Below, piece by piece: positions 48,362 through 61,663 of a DNA stretch of 64,000 nt; within the stretch, counting starts at the first letter, position 1; every line of letters starts with the position of its first letter. The notes below the pieces were generated by a model that saw nothing but the letters and a program-made list of their open reading frames with translations, ran no database searches and was not told the DNA's origin. Origin of the DNA: Squalus acanthias (taxonomy: Eukaryota); the NCBI GenBank assembly GCA_030390025.1, contig CM059431.1, forward strand, positions 102,984,001 to 103,048,000, in the 5' to 3' direction. The position numbers and the translations under genes are program-made.

Positions 48362-49042
48362 GGGCAGTGCTGAGGGAGTGCTGCACTGTCGGAGGTGCCG
48401 TCTTTCGGATGAGACGTTAAACCGCGAAGGCCCCGTCTGCCCTCTCGGGTGGACGTAAAAGGTCCCATTGAACTATTATGAAGAAGTGCACTGGAGTTAT
48501 CCCCGGTGTACCTGAACCAATACCACTAAAGCAGATTATCTGGTCAGCATCACTTTGTTGTTTGTGCGAGATTGTTGCGCGCGAAAAAAAAAGAAAGAAC
48601 TTGGATTTATATAGCACCTTTTCATGACCTCAGGATGTCCCAAAGCGCTTTACAGCCAATGAAGTACTTCTGAGATGTAATCACTGCTGTAATGTAGGAG
48701 ATGCGGAAGCCAATTTGCGCACAGCATAGTCCCACAAACAGGAATGTGATGACCAGATAATCTGTTTTACGGTTGACGGATAAACATTGGCCCAGGACAC
48801 CAGGGAGAACTCCCCTGCTCTTCTTCGAAATAGTACCGTTGGATCTTTTACATCCACCCGAGAGAGCAGACGGGGCCTTGGTTTAACGTCTCATCCAAAA
48901 GACAGCACCTCTGACAGTGCTCCCTCAGCACTGCACTGGAGTGGTCAGCCTAGATTTCTTTTTGTGTTCAAGTCTCGGGAGTGGGACTTTGAACCCATAA
49001 CCTTTAGGCTCAGAGACGAGACTGCTGCCCAGTGAGCCACGG
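48362..49042. mobile_element. Two DeuSINEs tail-to-tail (48362-48582 +, 48590-49042 -)
   Basis: Deu cores in opposite orientation. Confidence 0.82.
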
Positions 49043-49171
49043 GGCCTGACAGATTATCACCTCCTAGGACCTGGGTTCAATTTAGGAAATGTTTCAATGA
49101 TCTGACGAAAGTGGCAAGGGTGAGTAAAGCGCTTCATTTCTCCATCTTTCTCAATAACACCTGGCAACGGC

Positions 49172-49440
49172 CCTCCATTGGCGGCCGTGCCTTCAGCTGC
49201 CTGGGCCCCAAGCTCTGGAATTCCTTCCCTAAACCTCTCCGCCTCTCTACCTCTCTTTCCTCCTAGAGATGCTCCTTAAAAACCTACCTCTTTGACCAAG
49301 CTTTTGGTCACCTGCCCTAATTTCACCTTATGTGGCTCGGTGTCAATTTTTTTTATCTTACAATACTCCTCTGCAGCGCCTTGGGACGTTTTACTACGTT
49401 AAAGGCGCTATATAAATACAAGTTGTTGTCGTTGTTGTTG
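49172..49440 (+). mobile_element. L2 3' end
   Basis: ccattggcggccgtgccttcagctgcctgggccc; (TTG)n tail. Confidence 0.85.
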
Positions 49441-49689
49441 TACATTGTCAAATGCAAATAGTATAAAGTAATTTATTCACATGCCATCAAAAAAGAAAAG
49501 AAAAACTTGCATTTCTATAGCGCCTTTCACGACCACCGGATGTCCCAAAGCTCTTTACAGCCAATTAAGTACTTTTTGAAGTACATTGTTGTTGTTATTA
49601 TTTTTTGTCTTACAATAATCCTGTGCAGCGCCTTGGGACATTTTACTATGCTAAAGGCGCTATATAAATACGACAGATTATCACCTCCT

Positions 49690-50860
49690 GTGGAATTTTC
49701 TACCACAGAAGGCTGTGGAGGCCAATTCATTGAATATATTTAAGAGGGAGATAGATAGATTTCTAGACACAAAAGGCATCAAGGGGTATGGGGAGAGAGC
49801 GGGAATATAAGAACATAAGAACATAAGAAATAGGAGCAGGAGTAGGCCAATCGGCCCCTCGAGCCTGCTCCGCCATTCAATAAGATCATGGCTGATCTGA
49901 TCCTAACCGCCAATCTACTATCTATCACAGAACCATCTCCTGCATCTAACAGAATTGCACACACGAAATAGGAGCAGAATCAGGCTACACAGTCCCTGGG
50001 CCCGCTCCACTACCCACAGGGCCATGACCGATCCGAACCTAGACTCATGTCCAAATTCCTGCCCGCTCCCCGTAACCCTTAATGCCCTTTACTTCTAGGA
50101 AACTGTCTATTTCTGTTTTAAATTTAATTAATGTTGTAGCTTCTACAGCTTTTTGTGGCAGCATATTCCATGGACCTACCACCCTCTGAGTGAAGTAGTT
50201 CCTCCTCATCTCAGTTTTGAAAGAGCAGCCCCTTATTCTAAGACTATGTCCCCTAGTTCTCGTCTCACCCGTCATCGGGAACATCCTCCCCGCATCCACC
50301 CGATCCAACCCCTTCACAATCTTATATGTTTCAATAAGATCGCCTCTCATTCTTCTGAACTCCAATGAGTAGAGTCCCAATCTACCCAACCTCTCCTCAT
50401 ATGACCACCCCCTCATCCCCGGGATTAACCGAATGAACCTTTTTTGCACTGCCTCGAGAGCAAGGATGTCTTTCCTTAAGTAAGGACACCAAAACTGTAT
50501 GCAGTATTCCAGGTGCGGTCTCACCAATACCTTGTACAACTGAAGCAATACCTCCCTATTTTTATATTCTATCCCCCTAGCAATGAAAGCCAACATTCCA
50601 TTTGCCTTCTTAATCACTTGCTGCACCTGCATACTAACCTTTTGAGTTTCGTGCACCAGGACCCCCAGATCCCTTTGCACTTCAGTACTCTCCAGTTTCT
50701 TGCCATTAAGATAATAAATTGCTCTAGGATTTTTCCTGCCAAAGTGCATATATATGGTATTGAGATAGAGGATCAGCCATGATCATATTGAATGGCGGAG
50801 CAGGCTCGAAGGGCCGAATGGCCGACTCCTGCTCCTATTTTTCTATGTTTCTATGTTTCT
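49690..50860. mobile_element. CR1 (-, 49808-50750; ORF 50045-50749) nested in a CR1 tail (+)
   Basis: Host gggaatat|ggtattgagatagaggatcagcc rejoins across the insert. Confidence 0.88.
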
Positions 50861-51484
50861 ATTACTACACAAAATGCAGATTAGAGGCTTTGGAAAAAAA
50901 GTCAGGTTACTAATTTACAACCAAAATACTAACAGTGCAGTCTGGTGCTCTAGTTAATCTGCTCATCACCTGTCCCAATATCTCCTTATGTGGCTCAATG
51001 TCACATTTTGTCTGATCACGCTCCTGTGACGCGCCTCGGGTTGTTTTTAACTACATTAAAGGCGCTATATAAATGCAAGTTGTTGTTGTTGTTGGTTCAA
51101 ACTAGTGTGAACATTTGATGGCGTGGAGCCTCGAAAACACAGCACAAACACAAGAATTCCCTGACAAGGATTGGAGGGACAAATGGAAATAAATAGCCTG
51201 CGTTGTACAAACCATGACTAACAATACTGTCGAACTCAGAACAATCGCTAATTAAGGAGCAAAATAAAAGCAGATAATTAAATTCATGTTGCCATTGGTG
51301 AACACATCCATCAGAGAGAGCCGAGGTACGTCGAAGTGTGGAACAGAAGAACATGATTTTGTTTTTCTATCTCGTACTAACTAGTATTAGAAGCACTGGT
51401 TCAAAAGGAAAACCTATTTTTCTCATTCCACAGACAAAGTAACCACCCATCTCAGACAGTTAAAAAGTAGCCCTCACTCTCGTC

Positions 51485-52390
51485 TCACAGTAGTTGAGGC
51501 GAACAGCATAGATGCATGTAAGGGGAAGCTAGATAAGCACATGAGGTAGAAAGGAATAGAAGGATATGTTGATGGGGTGAGATAAAGAGGGGTGGGAGGA
51601 GAATATAAGAACATAAGAACATAAGAAATAGGAGCAGGAGTAGGCCATTCGGCCCCTCGAGCCTGCTCCACCATTCAATAAGATCACGGCTGAACTTCCA
51701 CCTCAACTCCACTTTCCCGCGCTTTCCTCATATCCCTTGATTCCCTTAATATCCAACAATCTATCGCTCTCTGTCTTGAATATACTCAACGACTGAGCCT
51801 CCACAGCCCTCTGGGGTAGAGAATTCCAAAGATTCACCACCCTCTGAGTGAAGAAATTTCTCCTCCTCTCAGTCCTAAATGGCTGACCCCTTATTCTGAG
51901 ACTGTGGCCCCTGGTTCTAGACTCCCCAGCCAGGGGAAACATCCACCCTGCATCCACCCTCTCAAGTGCCTTAAGAATTTTATATGTTTCAATGAGATCA
52001 CCTCTCATTCTTCTAAACTCGACAGAATATAGACCTAGTCCACTCAATCTCTCCTCATAGGACAATCCCCCCATCCCAGGAATCAGTCTGGTGAACCTTC
52101 GTTGCACTCCCTCTATGGCAAATATATCCTTCCTTCGGTAAGGAGGCCAAAACTGTACAGAATACTCTGGGTGTGGTCTCACCAAGGCCCTGTATAATTG
52201 TAATAAGACTTCTTTACTCTTAGACTCCAATCCCTTTGTAATAAAGGCTAACATAACAATTTGCTTTCCTAATTGCTTGCTGTACCATGTTAACTTTCTG
52301 TGATTCGTGTACAAGGCTCGTGTGGAGAATAAACACCGGCATAAACCTGTTGGGCCGAATGGTCTTTTTCTGTGCTGTAAATACTTTATA
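51485..52390. mobile_element. CR1 (-, 51607-52315) nested in another CR1 tail (+)
   Basis: Host ggtgggagga|ggctcgtgtggag matches the reverse of 10430-10455. Confidence 0.85.
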
Positions 52391-52904
52391 ATACTCCTTA
52401 TGTACAGCAATGTGACCCTATGCACAAAGTAATCTGGGATGTAGTACGTCCTCAGTGAATAATAAAACGTATTTACTGTCATTATCTGCACTGGAAAAAG
52501 TAAAGGTTGTCAGCATGCACTCCTGATCCCTCCAACTGATGGACATACCTCTGACAGGCCACACGGCTTGGGCTAAAATCTATGAATCATATTTATTTAG
52601 AAGCACGATTACAGAGAATGGGGAGTTAGTTTGTTTACAGTGTCTCTTTCAAAACAATAAATGTCGCGACCTAGCAGTTCTTGGTAGAAACACTTTTAAT
52701 TTGGACCAGGCATCTGTGGTGAGATGTTTTTGCGTGATGCTAAACTCTCAGAGACCTACATTAACTTCTACGCATACATTTGTATAGTGGGAAAGGAACT
52801 GAAGTGTAGTACTGCCATCCTTGGCTATTCATGTTTGTTGTTAAGATTATCAAAAGGAAGATCAAATAAAATAAAAATAAAACTGACAGTCAAAAACCTT
52901 CTTA

Positions 52905-54065
52905 CATAAGAACATAAGAAATAGGAGCAGGAGTAGACCACACGGCCCCTCGAGCCTGCTCTGTCATTCAATAAGATCGTGGCTGATCTTCGACCTCAAC
53001 TCCACTTTCCCGCCTGATCTCCACATCCCTTGATTCCCCATGAGTCCAAAAATCTATCTATCTCAGCCTTGAATATACTCAAAGACTCAGCATTCACAGC
53101 CCTCTGGGGCAGAGAATGCCAAAGATTCACAACCCACTGAGTGAAGAAATCCCTCCTCATCTCGGTGATCAAGAAAGCCAATGGAATGTTGGCTTTTATT
53201 GCTAGGGGGATAGAATATAAAAACAGGGAGGTATTGCTGCAGTTGTATAGGGTATTGGTGAGACTGCACCTGGAGTACTGCATACAGTTTTGGTGTCCAT
53301 ACTTAAGAAAAGACATACTTGCTCTCGAGGCAGTACAAAGAAGGTTCACTCGGTTAATTCCGGGGATGAGGGGGTGGACATACGAGGAGAGGTTGAGTAG
53401 ATTGGGACTCTACTCATTGGAGTTCAGAAGAATGAGAGGCGATCTTATTGAAACATATAAGATTGTGAAGGGGCTTGATCGGGTGGACGCGGTGAGGATG
53501 TTCCCAATGATGGGTGAAACTAGAACTAGGGGACATAATCTTAGAATAAGGGGCTCCTCTTTCAAAACTGAGATGAGGAGAAACTTTTTCACTCAGAGGG
53601 TAGTGGGTCTGTGGAATTTGCTACCCCAGGAAGCTGTGGAAGCTACTTCATTAAATAAATTTAAAACAGAAATAGACCGTTTCCTAGAAGTAAAGGGAAT
53701 CAGGGGTTACGGGGAGCGGGCTGGAAATTGGACATGAGTTTGAGTTTGGATCGGTCAAGGCCCTGTGGGTGGCGGAGCGGGCCCAGGGGCCGAGTGGCCT
53801 GGTCCTGCTCCTACTTCTTGTGTTCTTTAGAGTTGAGGTTGGATCAGATCAGCCATGATCTCATTGAATGGCGGAGCAGGCTCGAGGGGCCGATTGGTCT
53901 ACTCCTGCTCCTATTTCTTATGTTCTTATGTTCTTAAATGGCCGACCCCTTATCCTGAGACTATGCCCCCTGGTTCTAGACACTCCAGCCAGGGGAAACA
54001 ACCTCTCAGCATCTACCCTGTCAATCCCCCTCAGAATCTTGTAAGTTTCAATGAGATCACCTCTT
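52905..54065. mobile_element. CR1 (+, 53164-53935; ORF to 53737) nested in a CR1 (-)
   Basis: Host ctcctcatctcg|tcttaaatggccgacccc rejoins. Confidence 0.88.
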
Positions 54066-54067
54066 AC

Positions 54068-54305
54068 GGGTTCTCCCCGGTGTCCTGGGCCAATATTTAT
54101 CCCTTAATCAACATCATTAAAACAGATTATCTGGTCATTTATCACATTGCTGTTTATGGGACCTTGCTGTGCACAAATTGGCTTCCCCGTTTCCTACATT
54201 ACAACAGTGACTACGCTTCAAAAAGTACTTAATTGGCTGTAAAGCGCTTTGGGATGTCCTGAGGTCGTGAAAGGCGCTGTAGAAATACAAGTTCTTGCTT
54301 GCTTT
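54068..54305 (+). mobile_element. DeuSINE 3' half
   Basis: ccccggtgtcctgggccaatatttatccc...aaaggcgctgtagaaatacaag. Confidence 0.85.
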
Positions 54306-54881
54306 CTTTTTCTTTATCATGGTTAACTCTATTTCACCCAACCCCAGTGCACTATATCTTGGGCTTTTCTGTGAAGGACTCTGCAATGGGATTCATGTTG
54401 CTTTCTAACTGTTTGGAAATAGACTGTAATACCAACTTCTTCAGTGGTGTAGGAGTGATAATGGCAGACGACTCAAACAAGATAATTACGTACCCCATTT
54501 GTCTGTATCGGGCAAAATTTCCTTGCGGATGGCCTCCCTTTCTGAATTGCTGTGGGATAGGGGAGCAGGGGTTATGCTAGTCTCAGTGTTCTCAATTGGC
54601 TCTCAGCTCTACTCCAGGAGAGTGGCCAGCTCTGGTTGGTCGTATTCTTGGAGGTTTCGTCACATGACCTCCTGCCTCCAGCCACCCCACCCCCCCCACG
54701 CTCTCGCCATTGGCCGCCCGACATGTCCATCCTCGTGTTGCCCCGCCTTCCCCCCGCCAATCGGAAAGCGAATTGACTCTTCAATGACCAATTGGATGAT
54801 TCCTCGATGTCAGTCAAACAGCCTTTTTCCCATGTCTGATATTTTTATCAATAGTAAACAAATGTGTTCAAAGAAAATACT

Positions 54882-55642
54882 GGCCCGTAATTTCCGATAG
54901 AAGGCTTCTTGAGTGCGGAGGCCTCCTATCGGGAAAAAATCTACGCCCTTACATGAGGGCTCCCGAGGTCCGGACACTTCCGATCCTGGGCCTCTCCACA
55001 GTTGAAATGCGCAGGACCCAGGTATCCCAGGGGCGCAGGCGGTTCACAAGCGTCCCTGGGATCACGTGGGCCATGGGGAGCCAATGGGAGAAGGGATTCC
55101 CCCTTCATACTTTTGACAGATAGACCCGTCAAAAGTATGAATGGGGATCACTGAAAAAAGACATCAAAACGTTAAATAAATTTGTTAAAAAACCATCATG
55201 TTTTTTAAATGAGTTAAAATTACATTAAATTAAATATTTTAAACAAAAATTAAATTTTTTGAAAAAATAATTAAAGTTTTTTACGGGGCTAAAAATAAAC
55301 TTACCTTTTTTCAAAAGTATTTTTAAATTATAAATAAAAAAAATATTTTTTTTACTTTTTTTTAAACTCTTATGCTGGTAAAAGCAGGCCTTATGCAGCC
55401 TTTTACCAGGTGTAAGATTTCTAAGGGTTTTCAGTGGGCGGAGGGTCTGCAGAAAGCGGAACTCTCTGCCCGCAGAGGCCCTTCTCTAGGGCAGGCGGAG
55501 GATCTGCCAAGAGGATTCTTGACAGATCGGAAATGCCGGTTTTCAGCGCGTGCGCTTCGCATGCCTGAAACCGGCATTTCCGATGTCCCTACGGGTGTGT
55601 ACACAGCCCGCACACACCCGTAGGCATCGGAAAATACGGGCC
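54882..55642. mobile_element. Harbinger-type MITE
   Basis: 17-bp TIR ggcccgtaatttccgat / atcggaaaatacgggcc; TSD not conserved; AT-rich core like 23616. Confidence 0.75.
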
Positions 55643-56669
55643 AAAATCAACCACAATATTTTGTTGGCCCAATGATTTTTCTCCCTGGTGTTTGCTGGCA
55701 GCGGTGTCCTGGAGATTAGTCTTTCATTCCTGGAGACTCCAGGCCAATCCTGGCGGGTTGGAAACCCTGCATTCCAGACCTGGAATTGGTGGTCCTCTCA
55801 CAGGCCCCGGTACAACTCTCAGACTATGGGGTGGCAATCAAGCCGCCTAACTGAAAGTAAGTTCTCAAATTCTGATTTTACAAAAATCATTGTTGAATTA
55901 TATCCCTTTCATTAACAAATTACTGGACGATTACGAAATCTTACTGTTTTAAGGTAAAATGATGGTAGCAATGGAAATAGAAGTCTGGATTAACTCCACC
56001 TGGCGGGCAATCTGTTGAAAGAATTACAGGTTGGCACTGGTAGGAACAGTTAACTGGGGTAATGCTCTGAGTTTGTGTTGTTGTTGGGGAGTCCCTCCTG
56101 CCAACTGCACATTCCAGGAAATCATGGGCATGCTGACCATAATTACCCATTCATTAAGATTAATGGATAGCAAATTCTGGGCAGGAGCTCTGGTGATTTC
56201 CCAGTATCTGTGGCTGATCGGCGCAAAGCTCGCTGTCATTCGCCCAGGTTCGGAGACTCAGTCCCAGAATGTAGTCACAGAAGTTGATTTAGCGTTTTGT
56301 TAAGTTTAAATCACAGAGGCAGAAAACAAACCCCGACATTGAACTGTTGTCTTCCGGTTTCCAAATGGAAAGTGCGTCTTTCGCCTTGTAACCCAGTGAA
56401 ATTGGGGAAGAGAAATGGATCACCCTGAACTAGGAGACAGTAGCTGGAAACCATCAATCTCCTGCATAAATCCAGAGATCTGTCAAATATGGATATCTGC
56501 TAGAGTCGATGAAATTGCATTCACTCTCATTCAGTTGTAAGGTTCTGCCAGTGCAGAATGAATCTGGAATACAGATTTTGACAAAGTCTACATGGCACAG
56601 TTTGCTTGACAGCTGAAATTGCTCTTTATTTATTTCAGATTTTAAAATGCCTTGGACACACAGCTATTT

Positions 56670-57103
56670 CCTATGCTCGCTGACATACATTGGCCCCTGG
56701 TCCAGTCAACTCCTTGACTTTTAAATTCCCACCCTTGCTTTCGAATCCCTCCGTGGCCTCGCCCCTCCCTCTCTCTGTAACCTCCTTCAGCCCCACAACC
56801 CTCCGAGATCGCTGCACTCCTCCAATTCTTGCACATCCCCCAATTTTAATCGCTCCATCATTGGCGGCCGTGCCTTCAGCTGCCGGGGCCCTAAGCTCTG
56901 GAATTCCCTCCCTAAACCTCTCCGCCTCTCTCTCCTCCTTTAAGGTGTTCCTTAAAACCGACCTCTTCGACCAAACTTCTGGTCACCTGTCCTAATATCT
57001 CCTTATGCGGCTCGGTGCCAAATTTTGTTTGATAATCGCTCCTGTGAAGCGCCTTCGGACGTTTAACTATGTTAAAGGTGCTATATAAATTCAAGTTGTT
57101 GTT
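56670..57103 (+). mobile_element. L2 3' end
   Basis: Similar to 29640-30065. Confidence 0.85.
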
Positions 57104-58182
57104 ATAAAGCTGGTGCGTCTCTGCGGTGCAAACTGTGGACAAGCAAGGAGATAGACTTGCTCTAATTACAGGACTGATTGTTGTTTTGCCTTGTTCCTGA
57201 ACACAGCATCTTAAATAATTGCCAATGGGTAAATACGCACATTGATAAGAGTGTGAAATGGCTCGCAGCAGCATCTTAACTGCAGCTCCCTTTGTGTATT
57301 TATTTTGTTCAGACCTTTATTGTATTCTGCTCTCTTCACAGCTGAGTCTAATAATGAACTTGCGACTGTGCTTCCAATTACGTCCAGCACATTAGAGGAA
57401 CAGTCAATACTCAATTACAAGCTTGTCCCTGAAACAGCAACCTTCCGTGACCTCCACTCTTTTGGTGATCGCAGAGATAACACTAGCTCATGTCTGACAT
57501 TTTCATTTCGGGCGCTTTGCGCAGGAGCTAGGCTTGTTTTACCAAATGACGCCTTCAGCTGCAAGATGATGCTCGGGCAGCCATGCTGATGCAAGCGACA
57601 GAATAAAACCAATTGGGTTGTTCTCACAAAAACCTGCAGTGTGACAGGACAATTTGCATATGTAGTAATATTGAATTACTATCTCCTGCGTGAAATTAAT
57701 TGTGGATGATCGGTTTGCTAGGTCCAAACTCCTTGCATGTCCAATAATTGCACAGATCAATTATCATTGAATCATTCTGAGCTTCAACTGCTGTACAGTA
57801 ATCTTCCCCCGAAGGGCAATTAGCAGTCTTCATACTTTTGATTTTTCAATGATTTCTCCTCCATCATTTTGATACCACATATCAAGCACTAGTTTGTTCA
57901 CCTCTCTGGACCTTGACATCATTGAAAAGAAAGATTGGCTGTATTTTAAGCAAATTCTTCCAGGTTATAATCACAATTGTATGGAATTGCTCTGACCCTG
58001 TTTGACAAAGGTGTTATCCCTTTAATAATAAATAAATGGTTAACACTTTCCTTAAAAATAATGGATACTGGTATCTCATATTTCATGTCAATGTGCATGT
58101 TACTAATATTGTTTAGTTAGATTTCAACCCTTTGTCTTCACTTATGGCATGTGAACACTGTTGATTGATACCACATTACCAA

Positions 58183-58640
58183 TGAATGGTACCAGGGATG
58201 GTGGACTTCAGTTACACGGAGAGAAGCTGGGATCGTTCTCCTTAGAGCAGAGAAGGGTAAGGGGAGATTTAATAGAGGTTTTCAAAATTACAAGGGATTT
58301 TGATAGAGTAAGTAAGAAGAAACTGTTTCCACTGGCAGGAGGGTCGGTAACCAGAGGACACAGATTTAAGGTGATTGGCAAAAGAACCAGACGGGAGAGG
58401 AGGAGAATTTTTTTTACACAGTGCCTTGTTATGATCTGGAATGCACTGCCTGAAAGAGTGGTGGGAGCAGATTCAATGGTAACTTTCAAAAGGGAATTGT
58501 ATAAATACTTGAAAAGGAAAAAATTTGCAGGGCGATGGGGGAAATAACAGGAGGGAGTGGGACTAATTGGAGAGCTCTTCCAATGAGCCAGCACAGGCAC
58601 AATGGGCCAAATGGCCTCCTTCTGTGCTGTACGACTCTAT
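58183..58640 (+). mobile_element. CR1 3' portion
   Basis: FSLEQRRVRGDLIEVFKI...WNALPERVV. Confidence 0.88.
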
Positions 58641-58785
58641 GAAGACACTATTAAGACATGGCATGCCACCACCACAGATGCCACCACCTCAGAGCAGTAG
58701 CTCTATGTTACCATCCACATTAACTTTAAAGATAAAAAACTGTGACCTTATAAAACCTTGACCTGAATGGATCACAAGTTCCCAG

Positions 58786-59953
58786 TGTAAGGTTTCCAAA
58801 ATTTGCAGATCCCCAAAACCTAAGGAAAAAGGCCAGAGTGACAAAAATGCATTTGGGCCTAACATAAGGAATTTAAGACCAAAAACCAAGTTTTGGCATT
58901 TTAAAAGACATGTCTGGACCTGTAAGGGAGAAAAGGCTGCACAGGAGGTGGGTTCAACCTCTGTAAATAGCAGTTTTGGGTATTGCAGTTAAATTGCATT
59001 GTCTGGGAATCGGGATGACCTCACTCAAGCCCCAGCAAGCATTAACATTTGGACAATAGGCCCTGGGAGAAGGCAGCCCCACCCAAAACACAGAACCCAT
59101 TAAAGACATGCATAAAGATAGGAGTCCTGGGCCCAGCAAGAAACCCAAAACATGAGGACAATGCAAACTCCGATTAAACAACAGATCGTAGGATGGAGAA
59201 CCACTTCACACATTTACAAAACCAGTTAACATGCTAGTAGAGTCGTTACTGTTAACAAGGTCTTACAATGACCAGGATTTGATTTGGTTTTGACCAGGCC
59301 ACTTCAGTTTAGTATAATTGAAGGCCCATCAAGCAGTTACAACAGTTCAGTAAGAAGGGAGTTCAAGTTCAACAGAATTCAAAGCCTGTGTTGAACAGAG
59401 GACAAGCAGGCAGAAGGCAGTTCCACAGCTCGGAAGAAGACAGTTTAAACAGAGGCAGAGTTACAGCAAGAAGTTAAACAAAGAAGGCCAACAACTTCAC
59501 AAGCAGACCGACACGCAAGAAGAAACCAGAGCGACTGCCTCAGTGACCATCGGACACCTCGCGGCAACAAGAGCCTCACGAAACCTTTTACTCAAAAGAC
59601 TCTAAACCCTAACTCTAAACTGTCAAGGATTCGTTTGGTGAGCATTATCCCTGGTTCTCCAGAGTCCAACCTAGCTAGTGAAGTGGGATTGGGAGGGGTG
59701 AAGTATTCTTCTAATGTTATTTCCCTTGCCTGTACCGTGTGTTCCCCACCTTTAGAGTGTTAAGTGTGTTTTAAGTTTGTTACCTTCTTTTCTTGTTAAT
59801 AAAGTCAAAACTCTTTAATCAAAACCTGTTGTCTACTGCATCTTTGTTCACAACCCCCAAATAAGTCCAAGGTCTAGAACCAGGGGCATGGGAGCGATTC
59901 GAACCGCTCACTGAGTCAGAGGTGAACCTGACCCCCACACACCACCCCCTACA
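58786..59953 (+). mobile_element. Solo LTR, 1168 bp, family of 7916-9423
   Basis: TGTAAGG...CCCTACA; CCAG on both sides; TATAATT near 59313, AATAAA 59798. Confidence 0.88.
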
Positions 59954-59957
59954 CCAG

Positions 59958-61663
59958 TGTAAGGGTTTTTGTCTCTCAGCCTGTGAGATTCGTGTGGCTC
60001 TGTGCAGCCCAGGTGCTAGTGCGGGTTTAGGCCTTGTTGCCTGTTCTGGTCTCCAGCCAGTCTGGGAGCACTATACACACCTGTGAGTGGTTCGACCCAC
60101 TCGCCCTTACGGTTCTAGACACTGGACTTAGATGCGAGAGCAATAATGGAGATGAAACTCAGGTAGACTCGGTTGAATGGTACGAAATGGAAAATCTTTA
60201 TTGCATAATATTTAAGATTACGAAATACATGTCATAAGCACAGATTAATGACAGTACAATCTTACACGCAGTTATGTAACTAATTTCAGGGAAACGAGGA
60301 ACGAACGACACATCGTAAATGGGGGCACGCATTACAATTATCCTTAATACTTAAAACCCTCCCCTATCAATATCTGTCCTAAGCTAGATTCGTAGGATTC
60401 GAGACTCATGCTCACCACTCGTGATAACTCGGAGAATTCCGAAAACTCTGATCGGATATTTTTCACCGCAGCGCCCACGTGTCGATCAGGGGGTCTCCTG
60501 GCCCCACTTGTTTACTCATTTCTGCTCCGGCTAGCAGGCTGGAACGTCTGCTGTCATGAAGATCTGTGTTGTCCTCGGAGTTCCGACTATACTCAAAAAA
60601 GAGTCTTCCTGTGCCCTCGCACGGATGCGATAGAATTCGAAAAATAGTCTTCCTGGCAGTTCTGTAAAACTCGAAGAAGTCTTCCTGGCAAGGAAAATGT
60701 CTATTCGACCTACAGGCGCGGTCGGAGCTTACTGACCGTGGCGATAAGTATGGTCTTCTTCTCTTTTCATCTTATCTCATCTCATCTTATCTCATCTCAT
60801 CTCATCTCGTCTCGGGCCTTCGGTTCCAACACCGTTTACCGACTTATCGGGATGGTGCGCCCGCTTCAAGGCTTCAGAGCCCAGTTCTACACAGGTCTTC
60901 GCGACACGACCCGGGGTAGATCTGAGCGGATCGTAAAGTTCAACAGTCTTTTGAAAAGAGACACGAGGCAAGCAGGAACAAGACGGCGAGTCAAGAGCAG
61001 CTACGAGGATAAAAGTCAACCGAATAAGAGAAAGATGGACGGTTTGGGGCTTGCAATTATAGTGCAAAATCTTCCGTTTCCCGCCCAACCTTAATGTCTT
61101 TTCTTTTGTTAGGGTTTGGCGCTCAAATGTCTTGTATAGGGTGATCTCCGTTTTAATGGGTTTCGGGGCTACTCGTAAATGTCTGAGTACCTGTTAATAT
61201 TTCTCCCATTGTTTAATCGGTCGGTGTTCTCCCTGGAGGGGTTTTGGGGCTTCCAAGTGTTTTCTGTAACTACCCGCTAACGGCTCTCTCATCGTAGAGT
61301 CGTTGGGATTTTACATATTAATGTCTTTGGATGGGTTCTTGATTACTTGGTACAATAGCTTTTATTCGTACCTGGGAGACCGATTTCAGTATTTATGTGT
61401 ATACTGTAAACCCATGATGTCTCGTGTATTATCTTAAATGTGCTGAGTCTTAATCGATCTTGCACAAATGTTTATTGGAACGCCATCTTGTCTGCCTGTC
61501 GAAAAATCTAGAATGTTCTGTCACGAGGTGCGGCGGCCATTTTACAAGCTGCTTGTGTCCACTTTGAAAACCTGACAGCATTCTGCTGAAATAAAAGCTG
61601 TTTGAACGAAACTATGTGTTTTCCTCCTTATTAATAAAATCGCGATATATTGCGAATTCTACA
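59958..61663 (-). mobile_element. Solo LTR, 1706 bp, distantly related family
   Basis: TGT...ACA; CCAG on both sides; minus-strand AATAAA near 60200; shared terminal hairpin block; (ATCTC)n at 60766-60813. Confidence 0.8.
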
